Shown piece by piece: positions 7,147 to 17,330 of a stretch of 19,885 nt of DNA. The notes beneath the pieces are model-generated. The model worked only from the letters and a program-made list of their open reading frames with translations, was not told the origin of the DNA and did not search any database. This stretch comes from a bacterium (GTDB lineage Bacteria; Hydrothermota; 32-111). Location of the stretch: assembly GCA_050239825.1 (NCBI GenBank), contig JBFXGO010000039.1:1-19885 (forward strand), given 5' to 3'. The translations under genes were made by a program, and so were the position numbers. Numbering within the stretch: the first letter of the stretch is position 1; each line of letters starts with the position of its first letter.

Positions 7147-7148
7147 AG

Positions 7149-9392
7149 TTACATATAACTCACCTTATTATTTTTTTTGGCAAGATTCTCCTTTTCCTCA
7201 TCAGTTAATTCCACAGTGAAATTGTCAAGGTCAATGTCGTCAATGCTGAAATCTGATGATATTTCATCTTTCAGTATGGAAGAAAAATCAATGAAATCAC
7301 TCTGTTTTTCAGGTGTTTTTTGCTGAGGTTGCTGAATCTGCGGTCTCTTCTCTATCTCTTTTGGCGCAGATTTTATAGCATTCATCCTCTTTTCCACATC
7401 TTCAAATTTTGAATCCACAGTATATATTTCATTATAAATTTTCAATGCTTCCTTGGTCATCTTCTTGGCTTCATAGAGCTTGCCCAATGTATATTTGATT
7501 CCGATAAATGCCGTTTCATTGCCTCCTGTCTTATTTGAGAGTGCTTTTTGAAGAGATGATTCCGCAAGGTCATACTCTTGTTTTTCAAGAAAGCATATTC
7601 CCAACATCTCGAGGGATTTTATTTCATAATCTTTGTGCTTCACAGATTTCTGGAACTCTTCAATAGCCATGTCATACAGACCCATCTCCTTGAAAGAGAC
7701 CCCCAAATCATAATGGCTTGAAACATCCGACTCCTCGATGTTTTGGTCAAGACCCTCTTTTAGTTCGTCCAGCAGTTCCTGAAGAGACCATACACTTGAA
7801 TCCTGCTGTTGAGGTTTGTTGTCCTCTATCTTGAATTTCGGTTTGTTGCCTTCATTCTTTCCCTGAATAATATCTTTGGCTGTAACGTGCTCCGATTCTT
7901 TCAGAAAATCCAGATCTGACATTTCACCGAGTATATCTTTAACAAAATCATCAAGCGGGTTCTCCTGCGGAGTTGCCTGCGCGGGTTGGCTGAAAAATCT
8001 GTCGGCATTCTGCTGTGTCGGCTGCTGTAAAGTCGGCTGAACAGGTGGAGGAGTCTGTTTTATGGGTTCCATTTTCGGTTGCGGCTGTTGATACTGCTGT
8101 TGAGGTTGAGCATTTGTCTGCTGAGGCTGAACCTGCTGTCTTGGAGGTTCCGTAAAAGGCGATTGAGGCTTCAATTTGGCATCAAGCGCAGCTTTCAGTT
8201 GAACTGCAGGTTGAAATGTGGGGTCAATGCTCAATGCATTGTTGATGTAACTTAACGCATCCGTCGGTGATTTTCCCATCGCCTCTTTTGCTAGGTGAAC
8301 ATAGGGCAACAGAGCCTCTCTGTACATCTGTGCTTTGCTTGCAATTTCAATTATCCTCTTTACCGCCTTGTCTTCATCTGATTTTATTTCAAATATTCTC
8401 TTGTAAACATTCAATGCATTTATCAGGTCATTCGCTTCATAATATCCGTCAGCGCCCTGATAGTATGACTGTACGGCTCCTCCGATGTCGATGTCTTCCT
8501 GCAGTTTTCCAAGCTCAACAAATGAGCCATAACTCGACGCATCCTCTTTAAAGAGGCCGTCCAATTCGCTTTCCGGTGAATTTGACTGCTGATTGCTTTC
8601 CTGCGCAGGAGCTGAAATCTCCTCTTTTTCCTGAGTATTGGCAAATGTCTCGTCAAGCTGTTTTGAAAGACCTGCCGTAAGGTCATCTATATCAATATCC
8701 AATGACTCTTCAGCGATTGGATGCGGAGGTTCCACCTTCACATTCTCCACAGGTACTGCTCTCTTCTCCTCTTTTGGAGGTTTGCCCATTTTGCTTTCCA
8801 GCTGAGATATCTTCACTCTCGTTGCTGTTGCATTCGGCAGATCCCCGCGTTTCATATGATAAGATTCTATGTCTCTAAGATATTCGAGGGCGAATTCAAA
8901 ATTCCCTTCCTGCATGTAAAGTTCGACAAGTTTGTCTTTTATTTCGACTTTATCAGGCATCAGTTCCAAGGTCTTTTTGAATGCTTCAATTGCCAATGCT
9001 TTATTATTTGACTGCAAAGACTTTTCCGCAAGAAGGATGTAGCTGTTCAACGCCTCTCCGAGGGAGCCCATCTTTTTGTAAAGGTCGGCAACTGTTTCAT
9101 ACATTTCCAAAAGCGAAGGATCAACCTTTATTATCTTCTTCGCCATCACGATTGCATTGGAATGCCACGACTGATTCACATAGATAGTAAGGGCGGCTCT
9201 GTAATTTTCCACAGCTTCAGCATTCTTTTTGAGATTATTGAGGTATATATCGCCTATTGTGTTATAGAATGAAGGATCGGGATTGTTCTTCAATGCGGCC
9301 AAAATCTGCATATAGATTTTTATGGCCTTTTCATATTGACCCTCATTTTGCGCTTTTCGCGCTTTTTCTTTAGCTTCTCCTAAACTGGCCAT
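7149..9392 (-). CDS. Large cytoplasmic TPR protein, SgmX-like architecture
   Basis: N-terminal and central TPR clusters, acidic and Q/P-rich linkers, C-terminal TPR block SHYDLGVSFKEMGLYDMAIEEF...YTLGKLYE...FEDVEKR. No signal peptide; SD GGAG. Confidence 0.8.
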   Translation of the reverse strand: MASLGEAKEKARKAQNEGQYEKAIKIYMQILAALKNNPDPSFYNTIGDIYLNNLKKNAEAVENYRAALTIYVNQSWHSNAIVMAKKIIKVDPSLLEMYETVADLYKKMGSLGEALNSYILLAEKSLQSNNKALAIEAFKKTLELMPDKVEIKDKLVELYMQEGNFEFALEYLRDIESYHMKRGDLPNATATRVKISQLESKMGKPPKEEKRAVPVENVKVEPPHPIAEESLDIDIDDLTAGLSKQLDETFANTQEKEEISAPAQESNQQSNSPESELDGLFKEDASSYGSFVELGKLQEDIDIGGAVQSYYQGADGYYEANDLINALNVYKRIFEIKSDEDKAVKRIIEIASKAQMYREALLPYVHLAKEAMGKSPTDALSYINNALSIDPTFQPAVQLKAALDAKLKPQSPFTEPPRQQVQPQQTNAQPQQQYQQPQPKMEPIKQTPPPVQPTLQQPTQQNADRFFSQPAQATPQENPLDDFVKDILGEMSDLDFLKESEHVTAKDIIQGKNEGNKPKFKIEDNKPQQQDSSVWSLQELLDELKEGLDQNIEESDVSSHYDLGVSFKEMGLYDMAIEEFQKSVKHKDYEIKSLEMLGICFLEKQEYDLAESSLQKALSNKTGGNETAFIGIKYTLGKLYEAKKMTKEALKIYNEIYTVDSKFEDVEKRMNAIKSAPKEIEKRPQIQQPQQKTPEKQSDFIDFSSILKDEISSDFSIDDIDLDNFTVELTDEEKENLAKKNNKVSYM

Positions 9393-9423
9393 CGCACTCC
9401 TTTTTAACTGATAGAACTATAAA

Positions 9424-10269
9424 TTATAACTCTCGCCTGAATGATGTCAACTGCCTTTTTAATCCAAGCGAATCTGAAACCTCGTCGACCATTTGGCCGT
9501 CTATCGGTATTCTCTGCAGAAAAGCGGCTTCAAGAAGAGCATTGTCGCAGATAGTGTTTATCAGCCTCGGTCTCCCGTTTGCATAATTGTGTATCATATC
9601 AACCGCCTCCTGAGTGAATATGGAGAGCGTGCCTCCTGCCACTGAGAGCCGGTATTTGATGTATCCGTATGTTTCATCTTTTGAGAGAGATTTGAGGTAT
9701 GCCCTTGCGGCTACTCTCTGAAGAAGAGACTCATTCTGCATAATGTTCTTCTCCAACTCGGGAACTCCTATGAGTATAAATGTTATTATTCTTCTGTCGG
9801 AAAGTTCAAGATTCAAAAAGCCCCTTATCTGCTCTATTACTTTTGCATCTGATATTTTATTCGCCTCATCTATCATTATGACCACCTTCTTGCCCTCCTT
9901 GTCAAGCCGTATAAGCTGGCGCGTTATTATGTTCATTGGGTCAGTCATAAGATTTGTAGTGTCCTTTATTCCCACAAGCTGGGCAAGCCTTGTGTAGAGC
10001 CATTCGTCGGTGAAGTTCTCATGGGTAAGAACTATAAGCCCTGTCTGAAACTTGGGATTCTTCGATAGGTATGACAAGAGCTTCCTAGCGACTGTTGTCT
10101 TTCCCGTTCCTACCTCTCCGACGAGCATTGCAAAGCCGCGCATCTTGTCTGCCGCATGCATAAGCCTTAACAGAGCCATCTTGTGCTGTTGGCTTTCAAA
10201 AAAGAACCTGGTATCAGGTATGTTGGCAAAAGGCTCGAAGGACATTTTGAAGAATTCTTCGTAATTCAT
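9424..10269 (-). CDS. ExeA/GspA-like AAA+ ATPase (second paralog)
   Basis: PFANIPDTRFFF, Walker A GEVGTGKTT, Walker B IMIDEAN, GVPEL, GRPRLINTICDNALL. Confidence 0.9.
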   Translation of the reverse strand: MNYEEFFKMSFEPFANIPDTRFFFESQQHKMALLRLMHAADKMRGFAMLVGEVGTGKTTVARKLLSYLSKNPKFQTGLIVLTHENFTDEWLYTRLAQLVGIKDTTNLMTDPMNIITRQLIRLDKEGKKVVIMIDEANKISDAKVIEQIRGFLNLELSDRRIITFILIGVPELEKNIMQNESLLQRVAARAYLKSLSKDETYGYIKYRLSVAGGTLSIFTQEAVDMIHNYANGRPRLINTICDNALLEAAFLQRIPIDGQMVDEVSDSLGLKRQLTSFRREL

Positions 10270-10282
10270 AATTCCTCACTCA

Positions 10283-11098
10283 TTAAAAGTGAATGTTTGA
10301 GTCGTCTTTTAAACTCTCTTCAGACAATTTATCTATTTTATACCTATTTTTATCATTTGTCAATTTACTTATTTTTTCTTTTATGTCCAGAAAGTCAAAA
10401 TCTATCCTTTCAATCTCCCTGTAAATTTCAAGAGCCCTTCCTGCATCCTCCTCCTCAGTCATCACAGCAAGCTTGTACATCAGAGGAAGAGAATCCGTGT
10501 CATTTGAATTGTTTATCTCCGAAGAGAGTATGGTTTTTGCTTTCTGTTTCATGCCCCTCTTTTCAAGAGTCTGACAGTAAGAGAGAACCATTTTTGATTT
10601 TGCCTTGCCATCGGAATTTGAAATAGCCGATTTAAAGTAAGAGTCGGAAATGTTCTCAATTCCGGCATCCCTGAGCTTCATCGAAAGTTCAAAATACTTC
10701 GCTCCCAATGCGGATTTATCTCTCTTTGAGGAATCGGAAAGAAACTGCCTTGCTTTATCTTCTTCGCTGTTTTCAAAATAAAAGACAAGGGTTTCCGCAA
10801 ACTCTGTTTGAAGAGGATACTTCAGAGACATCTCTCGGATTCTTTTGCCCTCGCGCATCAGGGGTTCAATTATCTTTTCAGCCTCATCATTCACATTCAT
10901 CATCAGAAAATGGTTGAACAGGTGGTAAAAAACCACGAACTGGTCTTCAAAGAGAGGAGCCAATTTCAGCAAGATTATCACTGCTTCAGCCCCATGTTTA
11001 TACTTTACCTCCTGAAAAATATCTATAAGAAGATTTATTCTTTCTTCAACATTCTCTGTCTTTTCTGCTTCAACGAGCTTCGTTTTGAAGTTATCCAA
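10283..11098 (-). CDS. Helical/TPR-repeat protein
   Basis: TTG start with GAGAGAGGG upstream, overlapping the hutI stop. C-terminal YKLAV...ALEIYREIERIDFDFLDIKEKI parallels the end of the large TPR protein. Confidence 0.75.
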   Translation of the reverse strand: MDNFKTKLVEAEKTENVEERINLLIDIFQEVKYKHGAEAVIILLKLAPLFEDQFVVFYHLFNHFLMMNVNDEAEKIIEPLMREGKRIREMSLKYPLQTEFAETLVFYFENSEEDKARQFLSDSSKRDKSALGAKYFELSMKLRDAGIENISDSYFKSAISNSDGKAKSKMVLSYCQTLEKRGMKQKAKTILSSEINNSNDTDSLPLMYKLAVMTEEEDAGRALEIYREIERIDFDFLDIKEKISKLTNDKNRYKIDKLSEESLKDDSNIHF

Positions 11099-12320
11099 TT
11101 ACCCTCTCTCCTTTGCAGAAAACCATATTCGGTTTATCTTCCCCGAAAAAATAAAAGAGCTGTGAGTAGTTGTTTCTTCTGAAAACAACTATATCCGCAT
11201 CTTTTCCCTCTCTGATGCTTCCGGTTCTATCCGAAAGTCCGAGAGAGTATGATGGATTCAGTGTTATTGCCGGCATAAGCTCTTTCGGAAGAAGATTGTA
11301 ATTTATCATGCCTATTCCCGCGGCAAGAAGAATAGACATAACAGGCGATGAACCGGGATTAAAATCCGTCGAAATTGCTATCGTATTTTTAATTTTTCTC
11401 ATCGCCTCAATCGGAGGTCTGGTCTTTATTCTCAAAAGAAAGTTGGTTGCAGGAAGCAGAGTTATGACGGTTTTGTTGTTTTTCAATGCTTCAAGGTCAT
11501 TCCTATCAGGTATGTTGAAATGGTCAACCGATTTTGTCTTCATTTCTGCGGCGGCAGTTGAACCTCCTGAAAAATCAATTTCATCCGCATGCACCCTGCC
11601 TTCAAGCCCATGTCTTTTACCCGCCTCGAGTATCCTTACAGTTTCATCTTGGGTATATACCCCCTTCTCGCAGAAGACATCAACATAGTCAGCGAGTTTT
11701 TCATCCGCTATAAAGGGAATCATCTCCTCTATCATGAATTTAATGTAGTCATCTCTTCTCTCTCTGTATTCATTGGGAATCTCGTGCGCTCCGAGGTATG
11801 TCGCTTTTATATTTATTTTAAATTCATCTTTAAGATTTCGTATAACCCTGAGCTGTTTAAGTTCAGTCTCCCTGTCAAGTCCGTACCCGCTCTTTATTTC
11901 AATTGAGGTGACACCCTTTGATATGAAAATCTTTAGCCTCTCCTTGGCTTCATCGAAGAGATCTTCCTCTGTTGCCTCACGGGTCATTTTTACGCTTCTC
12001 TTTATCCCGCCGCCAGCAGAGGCAATATCCTTGTATGTCATGCCCTTTACGCGCATTTCAAACTCATCCTCTCTTGTGCCGTGAAAAACAAGATGTGTGT
12101 GCGAATCAGTAAAACCCGGCACTGCGATGCATCCCGAACAATCAATAACTTCGTCATATTTCTCTTCTTCAGCGTTTTTACCCACAAAAATTATCTTCCC
12201 ATCCTCAATTCCGATGCAATCTCCTTCGGAGAGTATATCAGCATCTTCTCCCAGAACTATGAAGCTGTCTGCTGAATGGCATGAAACAATTTCGTTGAGA
12301 TTCTTCAACAGTTTTTTCAT
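11091..12320 (-). CDS. hutI: Imidazolonepropionase
   Basis: [49 protein letters not shown]; adjacent to hutU. Confidence 0.96.
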   Translation of the reverse strand: MKKLLKNLNEIVSCHSADSFIVLGEDADILSEGDCIGIEDGKIIFVGKNAEEEKYDEVIDCSGCIAVPGFTDSHTHLVFHGTREDEFEMRVKGMTYKDIASAGGGIKRSVKMTREATEEDLFDEAKERLKIFISKGVTSIEIKSGYGLDRETELKQLRVIRNLKDEFKINIKATYLGAHEIPNEYRERRDDYIKFMIEEMIPFIADEKLADYVDVFCEKGVYTQDETVRILEAGKRHGLEGRVHADEIDFSGGSTAAAEMKTKSVDHFNIPDRNDLEALKNNKTVITLLPATNFLLRIKTRPPIEAMRKIKNTIAISTDFNPGSSPVMSILLAAGIGMINYNLLPKELMPAITLNPSYSLGLSDRTGSIREGKDADIVVFRRNNYSQLFYFFGEDKPNMVFCKGERVIG

Positions 12321-13972
12321 TTTATCATCGGCATATTTATATTCTTCTTTTTGGCAGTATCAATAGCTATGCTGTAGCCTGCGTCAGCATGCCTTACAAC
12401 GCCAATTCCCGGATCATTTGTCAGAACCCTCTCAATTTTTTCTGCCTGCCTGTGTGTGCCGTCGGCGAGTGTAACCTGTCCGGCATGAATCGAATATCCG
12501 ATGCCCACTCCGCCCCCGTGGTGCACGGAGACCCATGTGGCTCCGCTTGCTATGTTGAGCATGGCATTCAAAACAGGCCAATCGGCTATTGCGTCGGACC
12601 CGTCCATCATCGCCTCTGTTTCCCTGTTCGGCGACGCCGCCCCTCCGGTATCATGATGGTCTCTTCCTATTGCTATCGGTCCGGATATTCTTCCTCTCTT
12701 GACCATCTCATTCATCTTCAATCCGAACAGAGCCCTCTCACCCTGAGAGAGCCAGCAGATTCTCGCAGGAAGTCCCTGGAACCTTACTTTTTTATTCGCC
12801 ATCTCTATCCAGATTCTTAAATGCTCATTATCGGGAAATGTTTCGAGAAGCGCTTTATCTGTCTCATAAATGTCATTTTCATTTCCTGTTAGCGCTACCC
12901 ACCTGAACGGTCCGGAGCCCTCTGAAAAGAGGTCCCTAATGTAAGCAGGCATATAACCCACTATGTCAAAAGCATCCTTTACTCCATTATCGAAAGCCCT
13001 CTGCCTGAGGTTGTTGCCGTATTCAAATACATTCACACCCGCTCTCTTCATTTCGAGCATTGCGGTTATATGCTTTGAAATCGAATCATACACTCTTTTC
13101 ATGTAGGTTTCTTTATCTTTATTCCTGAGTTCATCTGCCTCGGCAATTGAGCATCCGGCAGGTATGTACCCGAAGAGAGGGTCATGTGCCGCAGTCTGGT
13201 CAGTCAGCACATCCGGGTATATCTTTCTTCTGACCATCTCCGGAAGTATCTCCGATGCATTTCCGAATAATCCTATTGAGAGCGGTTTACCCTCTTTTAT
13301 CGCCTCGTCCTTGAGCATCAGCGCCTCATCTAGCGACTTTGCTTTGACATCGCAGTACTTCTGTTCTATTTTCCTGTCTATGTGAGTTTCATCAGCTTCA
13401 ATTGCAATTATAACTCCGTCGTTCATCACTGCGGCGAGAGGTTGTGCTCCGCCCATCTCTCCAAGCCCTGCAGTCACAGCCCATTTTCCCTTGAGGGTTC
13501 CTCCGTAAAGTTTTTTTGCTATCGCGTAGAAGACCTCATAGGTGCCCTGCAGTATTCCCTGAGTTCCTATGTATATCCATGAACCTGCAGTCATCTGTCC
13601 GTAGCATGTGAGACCCATCTCTTCAAGCCGCAAAAACTCTTCAAATGTAGCCCACTTCGGCACGAGAAGGGTGTTTGTAATCAAAACCCTCGGAGCCCAC
13701 TCGTTTGTCTTGAATACTGCCACCGGCTTACCTGACTGCATTATCAGAGTCTCATCATCATTCAAGCTTTTCAATGTCTCTATGATTTTATAGTATGACT
13801 CCCAATTTCTCGCCGCCTTTCCCCTGCCGCCGTAAACAACCAGATTCTCAGGGTCCTTTGCAACATCAGGGTCAAGATTGTTCATCAGCATCCTCATGGG
13901 CGCCTCTGTCTGCCACGATTTGCAGGAGAGATTATTTCCTCTCGGCGCATGAATGGGAGAATATTTATGCAT
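12317..13972 (-). CDS. hutU: Urocanate hydratase
   Basis: [74 protein letters not shown]. Confidence 0.98.
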   Translation of the reverse strand: MHKYSPIHAPRGNNLSCKSWQTEAPMRMLMNNLDPDVAKDPENLVVYGGRGKAARNWESYYKIIETLKSLNDDETLIMQSGKPVAVFKTNEWAPRVLITNTLLVPKWATFEEFLRLEEMGLTCYGQMTAGSWIYIGTQGILQGTYEVFYAIAKKLYGGTLKGKWAVTAGLGEMGGAQPLAAVMNDGVIIAIEADETHIDRKIEQKYCDVKAKSLDEALMLKDEAIKEGKPLSIGLFGNASEILPEMVRRKIYPDVLTDQTAAHDPLFGYIPAGCSIAEADELRNKDKETYMKRVYDSISKHITAMLEMKRAGVNVFEYGNNLRQRAFDNGVKDAFDIVGYMPAYIRDLFSEGSGPFRWVALTGNENDIYETDKALLETFPDNEHLRIWIEMANKKVRFQGLPARICWLSQGERALFGLKMNEMVKRGRISGPIAIGRDHHDTGGAASPNRETEAMMDGSDAIADWPVLNAMLNIASGATWVSVHHGGGVGIGYSIHAGQVTLADGTHRQAEKIERVLTNDPGIGVVRHADAGYSIAIDTAKKKNINMPMIK

Positions 13973-13981
13973 ATGAAACTC

Positions 13982-15502
13982 CTATTTTAATTTGATTGAT
14001 TTTTCAACTGTTTCGACAATCCAACCTTCAACTATCATTTTGGTGATGTTTTCAATATCAGTGTAGAAAGGCCTGTCATTTTCTATCTGTTTGACTTTCT
14101 TAAAGAAGGCGACTCGCAGGTTTTCAAGAGATTCGGAACTCTTAATTGGAGATCTCATTGTAAGGGCGGTCAAACCCGCAAAGAGCTCTATTGCAAGCAC
14201 AGAGGCGGTATTCAGTGCAACCTCAGAGAGTTTTCTTGCTCCGATTGTTCCCATAGATACATGGTCTTCCTGTCCTAATGATGTGGGTATGGAATCAACC
14301 GATGCCGGATGCGAAAGAATCTTATTCTCAGAAACAAGAGCGGCTGTGGTCACCTGAAGCATCATGAATCCGCTGTTGAGTCCGGCATTTTTTGAGAGGA
14401 AGGCAGGAAGGTTTGTCTGTATAGGGTCTATGAGTCTGTAAAGCCTCCTGTCTGAAATATTGGCGAGTTCGCTCAGCCCCATCTTCAGTGTATCCACCGG
14501 TATAGCAATCATCTCACCGTGAAAATTGCCTCCGGAAACAACTTCCTGACTCTCAATGAATACGAGCGGATTATCGGTTGAAGAATTGAATTCCCTCTCG
14601 ACTATTCCTTTGGCAAAGTAATGCGCTTCCCTTGCGGCTCCATGCACCTGAGGAATGCATCTTATCGAATATGGGTCCTGAACCTTTTCGCATTTTCTGT
14701 GGGATTCCCTCAGCAAAGAACCTTTCAGAAGATTTCTGAGGTTCTCCGCGCTCTCGCGCTGTCCCCTATGGTCTCGTATATCTGTTATCCTTTTTTCAAA
14801 GGGAGTCGTCGTTGAAAGAAGAGCATCGGCTGAGACAGCCGCCGCAATGTCCGCCGTCTTTAAAAGAATCTCCGACAGAATGAGAGACCTTCCCGCAACT
14901 GCGGTCATCATCTGTGTTCCGTTTATCAGAGCAAGCCCCTCTTTGGGTTTCAGTGTCGCCGGTTTGATGCTCTTTTTTTTCAGAACAGTCATTGACCTGA
15001 CTCTCTTTCCGTTTTCAATGCACTCGCCCTCTCCTATCGCAGTGAGAGCTATGTGCGACAAAGGCGCAAGGTCTCCGCTCGCTCCGACAGAACCCTTTTG
15101 CGGCACATAGGGATATACTCTCTTGTTGAGCATTTCAATGAGCGTATGAAGAGTCTCCCTTGAAACTCCGCTGTGCCCCCTTATTATAGTATTTATTCTG
15201 AGAAGAATGGCTCCCCTCACATCCTCAAACAAGAAGGGTTCTCCGCATCCCACCGAATGAGAACGGATAATGTTGAGCTGCAGCTCCTTGATTTTGTTCA
15301 GAGGTATAGAAATGTCAACCAGCTTTCCGAAGCCGGTCGTCACTCCGTAAACCCGTTTGTTCTCTCTTACTATCTTTTCTATTATCTTGTATGACTCCCT
15401 CACCCGCCTCTCAGCCTCATCCGTGAGCCCTACGGGCTCCATATCAATTACTATGGCTTTATAGTTTTTCAGGTTAAGGTTGTTTCCGCTAAGTTTTACC
15501 AT
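13982..15502 (-). CDS. hutH: Histidine ammonia-lyase
   Basis: YGVTTGFG, MIO-forming GSVGASGDLAPL, KEGLALINGT, QDPYSIRCIPQVHG, SGGNFHG, QEDHVSMG; SD AAGGAG at 15508-15513. Confidence 0.98.
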   Translation of the reverse strand: MVKLSGNNLNLKNYKAIVIDMEPVGLTDEAERRVRESYKIIEKIVRENKRVYGVTTGFGKLVDISIPLNKIKELQLNIIRSHSVGCGEPFLFEDVRGAILLRINTIIRGHSGVSRETLHTLIEMLNKRVYPYVPQKGSVGASGDLAPLSHIALTAIGEGECIENGKRVRSMTVLKKKSIKPATLKPKEGLALINGTQMMTAVAGRSLILSEILLKTADIAAAVSADALLSTTTPFEKRITDIRDHRGQRESAENLRNLLKGSLLRESHRKCEKVQDPYSIRCIPQVHGAAREAHYFAKGIVEREFNSSTDNPLVFIESQEVVSGGNFHGEMIAIPVDTLKMGLSELANISDRRLYRLIDPIQTNLPAFLSKNAGLNSGFMMLQVTTAALVSENKILSHPASVDSIPTSLGQEDHVSMGTIGARKLSEVALNTASVLAIELFAGLTALTMRSPIKSSESLENLRVAFFKKVKQIENDRPFYTDIENITKMIVEGWIVETVEKSIKLK

Positions 15503-15532
15503 TTACACTCCTTATGATAACATTGGCTTATT

Positions 15533-15560
15533 ATTATAATATATTTTGGGATTTTTTCAA
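15533..15560 (-). promoter_or_regulatory. sigma70-type promoter of the hut-to-era operon
   Basis: Minus strand TTGAAA (15560-15555), 16 bp spacer, TATAAT (15538-15533). Confidence 0.65.
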
Positions 15561-15573
15561 CAAAATAGAGGGA

Positions 15574-17211
15574 TTATTTTACCCGCACATTATACAGATT
15601 CATTTGAGATAGTTTTTTGGGGGAGATTGATTTAACAGTCAAAGTCTCCTCATCACCTATAAAGACTCCTGCATTTTTCACTATTGATGAAATGTGAAAG
15701 GTGTCGGAATTTATTATAATCAGCCCGCTGTCGATGAACTCGGGCTTTGCATCAAATACGATACTGTCATACATACCGAAGTTGGCTATTTTGAAATAAG
15801 CGTCATTTGACAATCTTGCTCCGATATAGTTTTCAAATGGCCCTGTGGAAACAATGTTAAGGTCAATGTATTTGTCCTTTGAATGCTCTACAAGAAGGTT
15901 TTTTACCATTGAATCGGAGAAGAGCTCCTTTTCATCTTTTGCATAGAATCCCGGCGCAAATTCAGCAAAGAGAATCATGAAGAAGAGAAACACAAGGGTC
16001 TTCTTGACGATTTTTCCAGAAAACGACACAATTTCATGCATCTTTTTTGTGTGTTGTCTTTCACGAATGATGAGTATTACAGCTCCAAGGGAGAGAAGAG
16101 TCTGAATGACAGACATAACTCTTACAACGCTTGATGGGAGATACGGAAGCTTGAAGAAGAGATTTGAAACTGAAGGATTGAAAAGCATGATATTTGCTAT
16201 TGTAATAAACCCAAACGGAATCATATAAGAAAGATTCTTTTTTGATTTGAATGTATATATCGAAATGAAGAAAAAAGGATAGAGAAGGTGCTGTTCTCTT
16301 AATCCGAGAAACATGTTGAACCATATAATGGATATCAATGTCATCTTCTTGTAAATGTCCCATCGTTTAACGAATGATATGCAAAATACAGCGGCAAAAA
16401 CGGTAATAATCGAGTATGTAGCAAGAGATATTCCCATTATATTGAAATTGTGTTCAACAGTATCCGAAGGATTGAAAATCGAAAGCAAGTTGAATGCATT
16501 GCCGGAAAATGGCAGATAGATGAAGGTGTTGAAGAAGAGGTCATGTACGGATTTTACAATATTACCTTTGATAATGAAAGGCAGCATTACAATCAGGAAA
16601 ACAGCCGATCCCATTAGCAGAGATAATTCAACGAATCTTTTTTTATTGTCGCTCTTTATAAAATAATGAAGAATTATAAGTCCCGCAAAAATCACTGCTG
16701 TCTGTTTTAAAAGAAGAGCCGGCAAAAGAAGAAGCATGGCGGATTTGAGATTCTTTTTTTCAAATTCCCCTATCGACATGGAGAGAAGAAGGAGAATCGC
16801 GATGTCAAATTGTCCGTTTACAATTATCGATACAAGAAAGGGAAGAGAGAGAAGATAACCGAAAACTTCTTTTTTTCTGTCTCCGGAAAATGCATTTCTT
16901 GCTAAAAACAAGAGTAGAACGGCAAGAGGAAATATTTTATAAAAGAATAGAAATGGTGCACTTCCTATCTCGAGGGGTTTGATGTATGAGAGCACCTTGC
17001 CCTGAAACAAACAAAGATAGGCGCCTACATGAGTATAATCACATGCGCGGTTGAAATATTTTGCAGTGTTGTAAACTTCATGCGTCCCCTCTTTTATTGC
17101 GGTGTATGCCCAAAGATGATATGAGTAGATGTCATACTGAAGCGTGAACAATATTGAGAGAGTGATTGCAGTCAAGGCAAATACTATGAATAAAACAATT
17201 CTTGTCTTCAC
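15574..17211 (-). CDS. Multi-pass membrane protein, GT-C fold glycosyltransferase-like (GT87/DUF2029-like)
   Basis: Many hydrophobic segments; D..Y..W and DY in the first loop, GQFD, LKQ, NAFN, soluble C-terminal domain. Start inferred at GTG 17211 (the ORF track gives 17229). Confidence 0.65.
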   Translation of the reverse strand: MKTRIVLFIVFALTAITLSILFTLQYDIYSYHLWAYTAIKEGTHEVYNTAKYFNRACDYTHVGAYLCLFQGKVLSYIKPLEIGSAPFLFFYKIFPLAVLLLFLARNAFSGDRKKEVFGYLLSLPFLVSIIVNGQFDIAILLLLSMSIGEFEKKNLKSAMLLLLPALLLKQTAVIFAGLIILHYFIKSDNKKRFVELSLLMGSAVFLIVMLPFIIKGNIVKSVHDLFFNTFIYLPFSGNAFNLLSIFNPSDTVEHNFNIMGISLATYSIITVFAAVFCISFVKRWDIYKKMTLISIIWFNMFLGLREQHLLYPFFFISIYTFKSKKNLSYMIPFGFITIANIMLFNPSVSNLFFKLPYLPSSVVRVMSVIQTLLSLGAVILIIRERQHTKKMHEIVSFSGKIVKKTLVFLFFMILFAEFAPGFYAKDEKELFSDSMVKNLLVEHSKDKYIDLNIVSTGPFENYIGARLSNDAYFKIANFGMYDSIVFDAKPEFIDSGLIIINSDTFHISSIVKNAGVFIGDEETLTVKSISPKKLSQMNLYNVRVK

Positions 17212-17217
17212 AAATCC

Positions 17218-17245
17218 ATTATATTGCACAATGTCAATTAGTCAA
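17218..17245 (-). promoter_or_regulatory. sigma70-type promoter, probably leaderless
   Basis: Minus strand TTGACT (17245-17240), 16 bp spacer, TATAAT (17223-17218), 6 nt, then in-frame GTG 17211. Confidence 0.65.
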
Positions 17246-17330
17246 TAATGCCCTTTGGGATTAACTGTGTGTGATATGTTTGATTTTGTCACTAGACTTT
17301 TCCAGTCCACCAGCGTACCAGCTTACCATT

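Noticed and set aside
6328..10269. Tn7 TnsC or IS21 IstB transposition ATPases, or an NLR-like defence system
   Set aside because: The motifs fit the ExeA-like family, no transposase or nuclease effector is adjacent, and the genes sit within a housekeeping operon.
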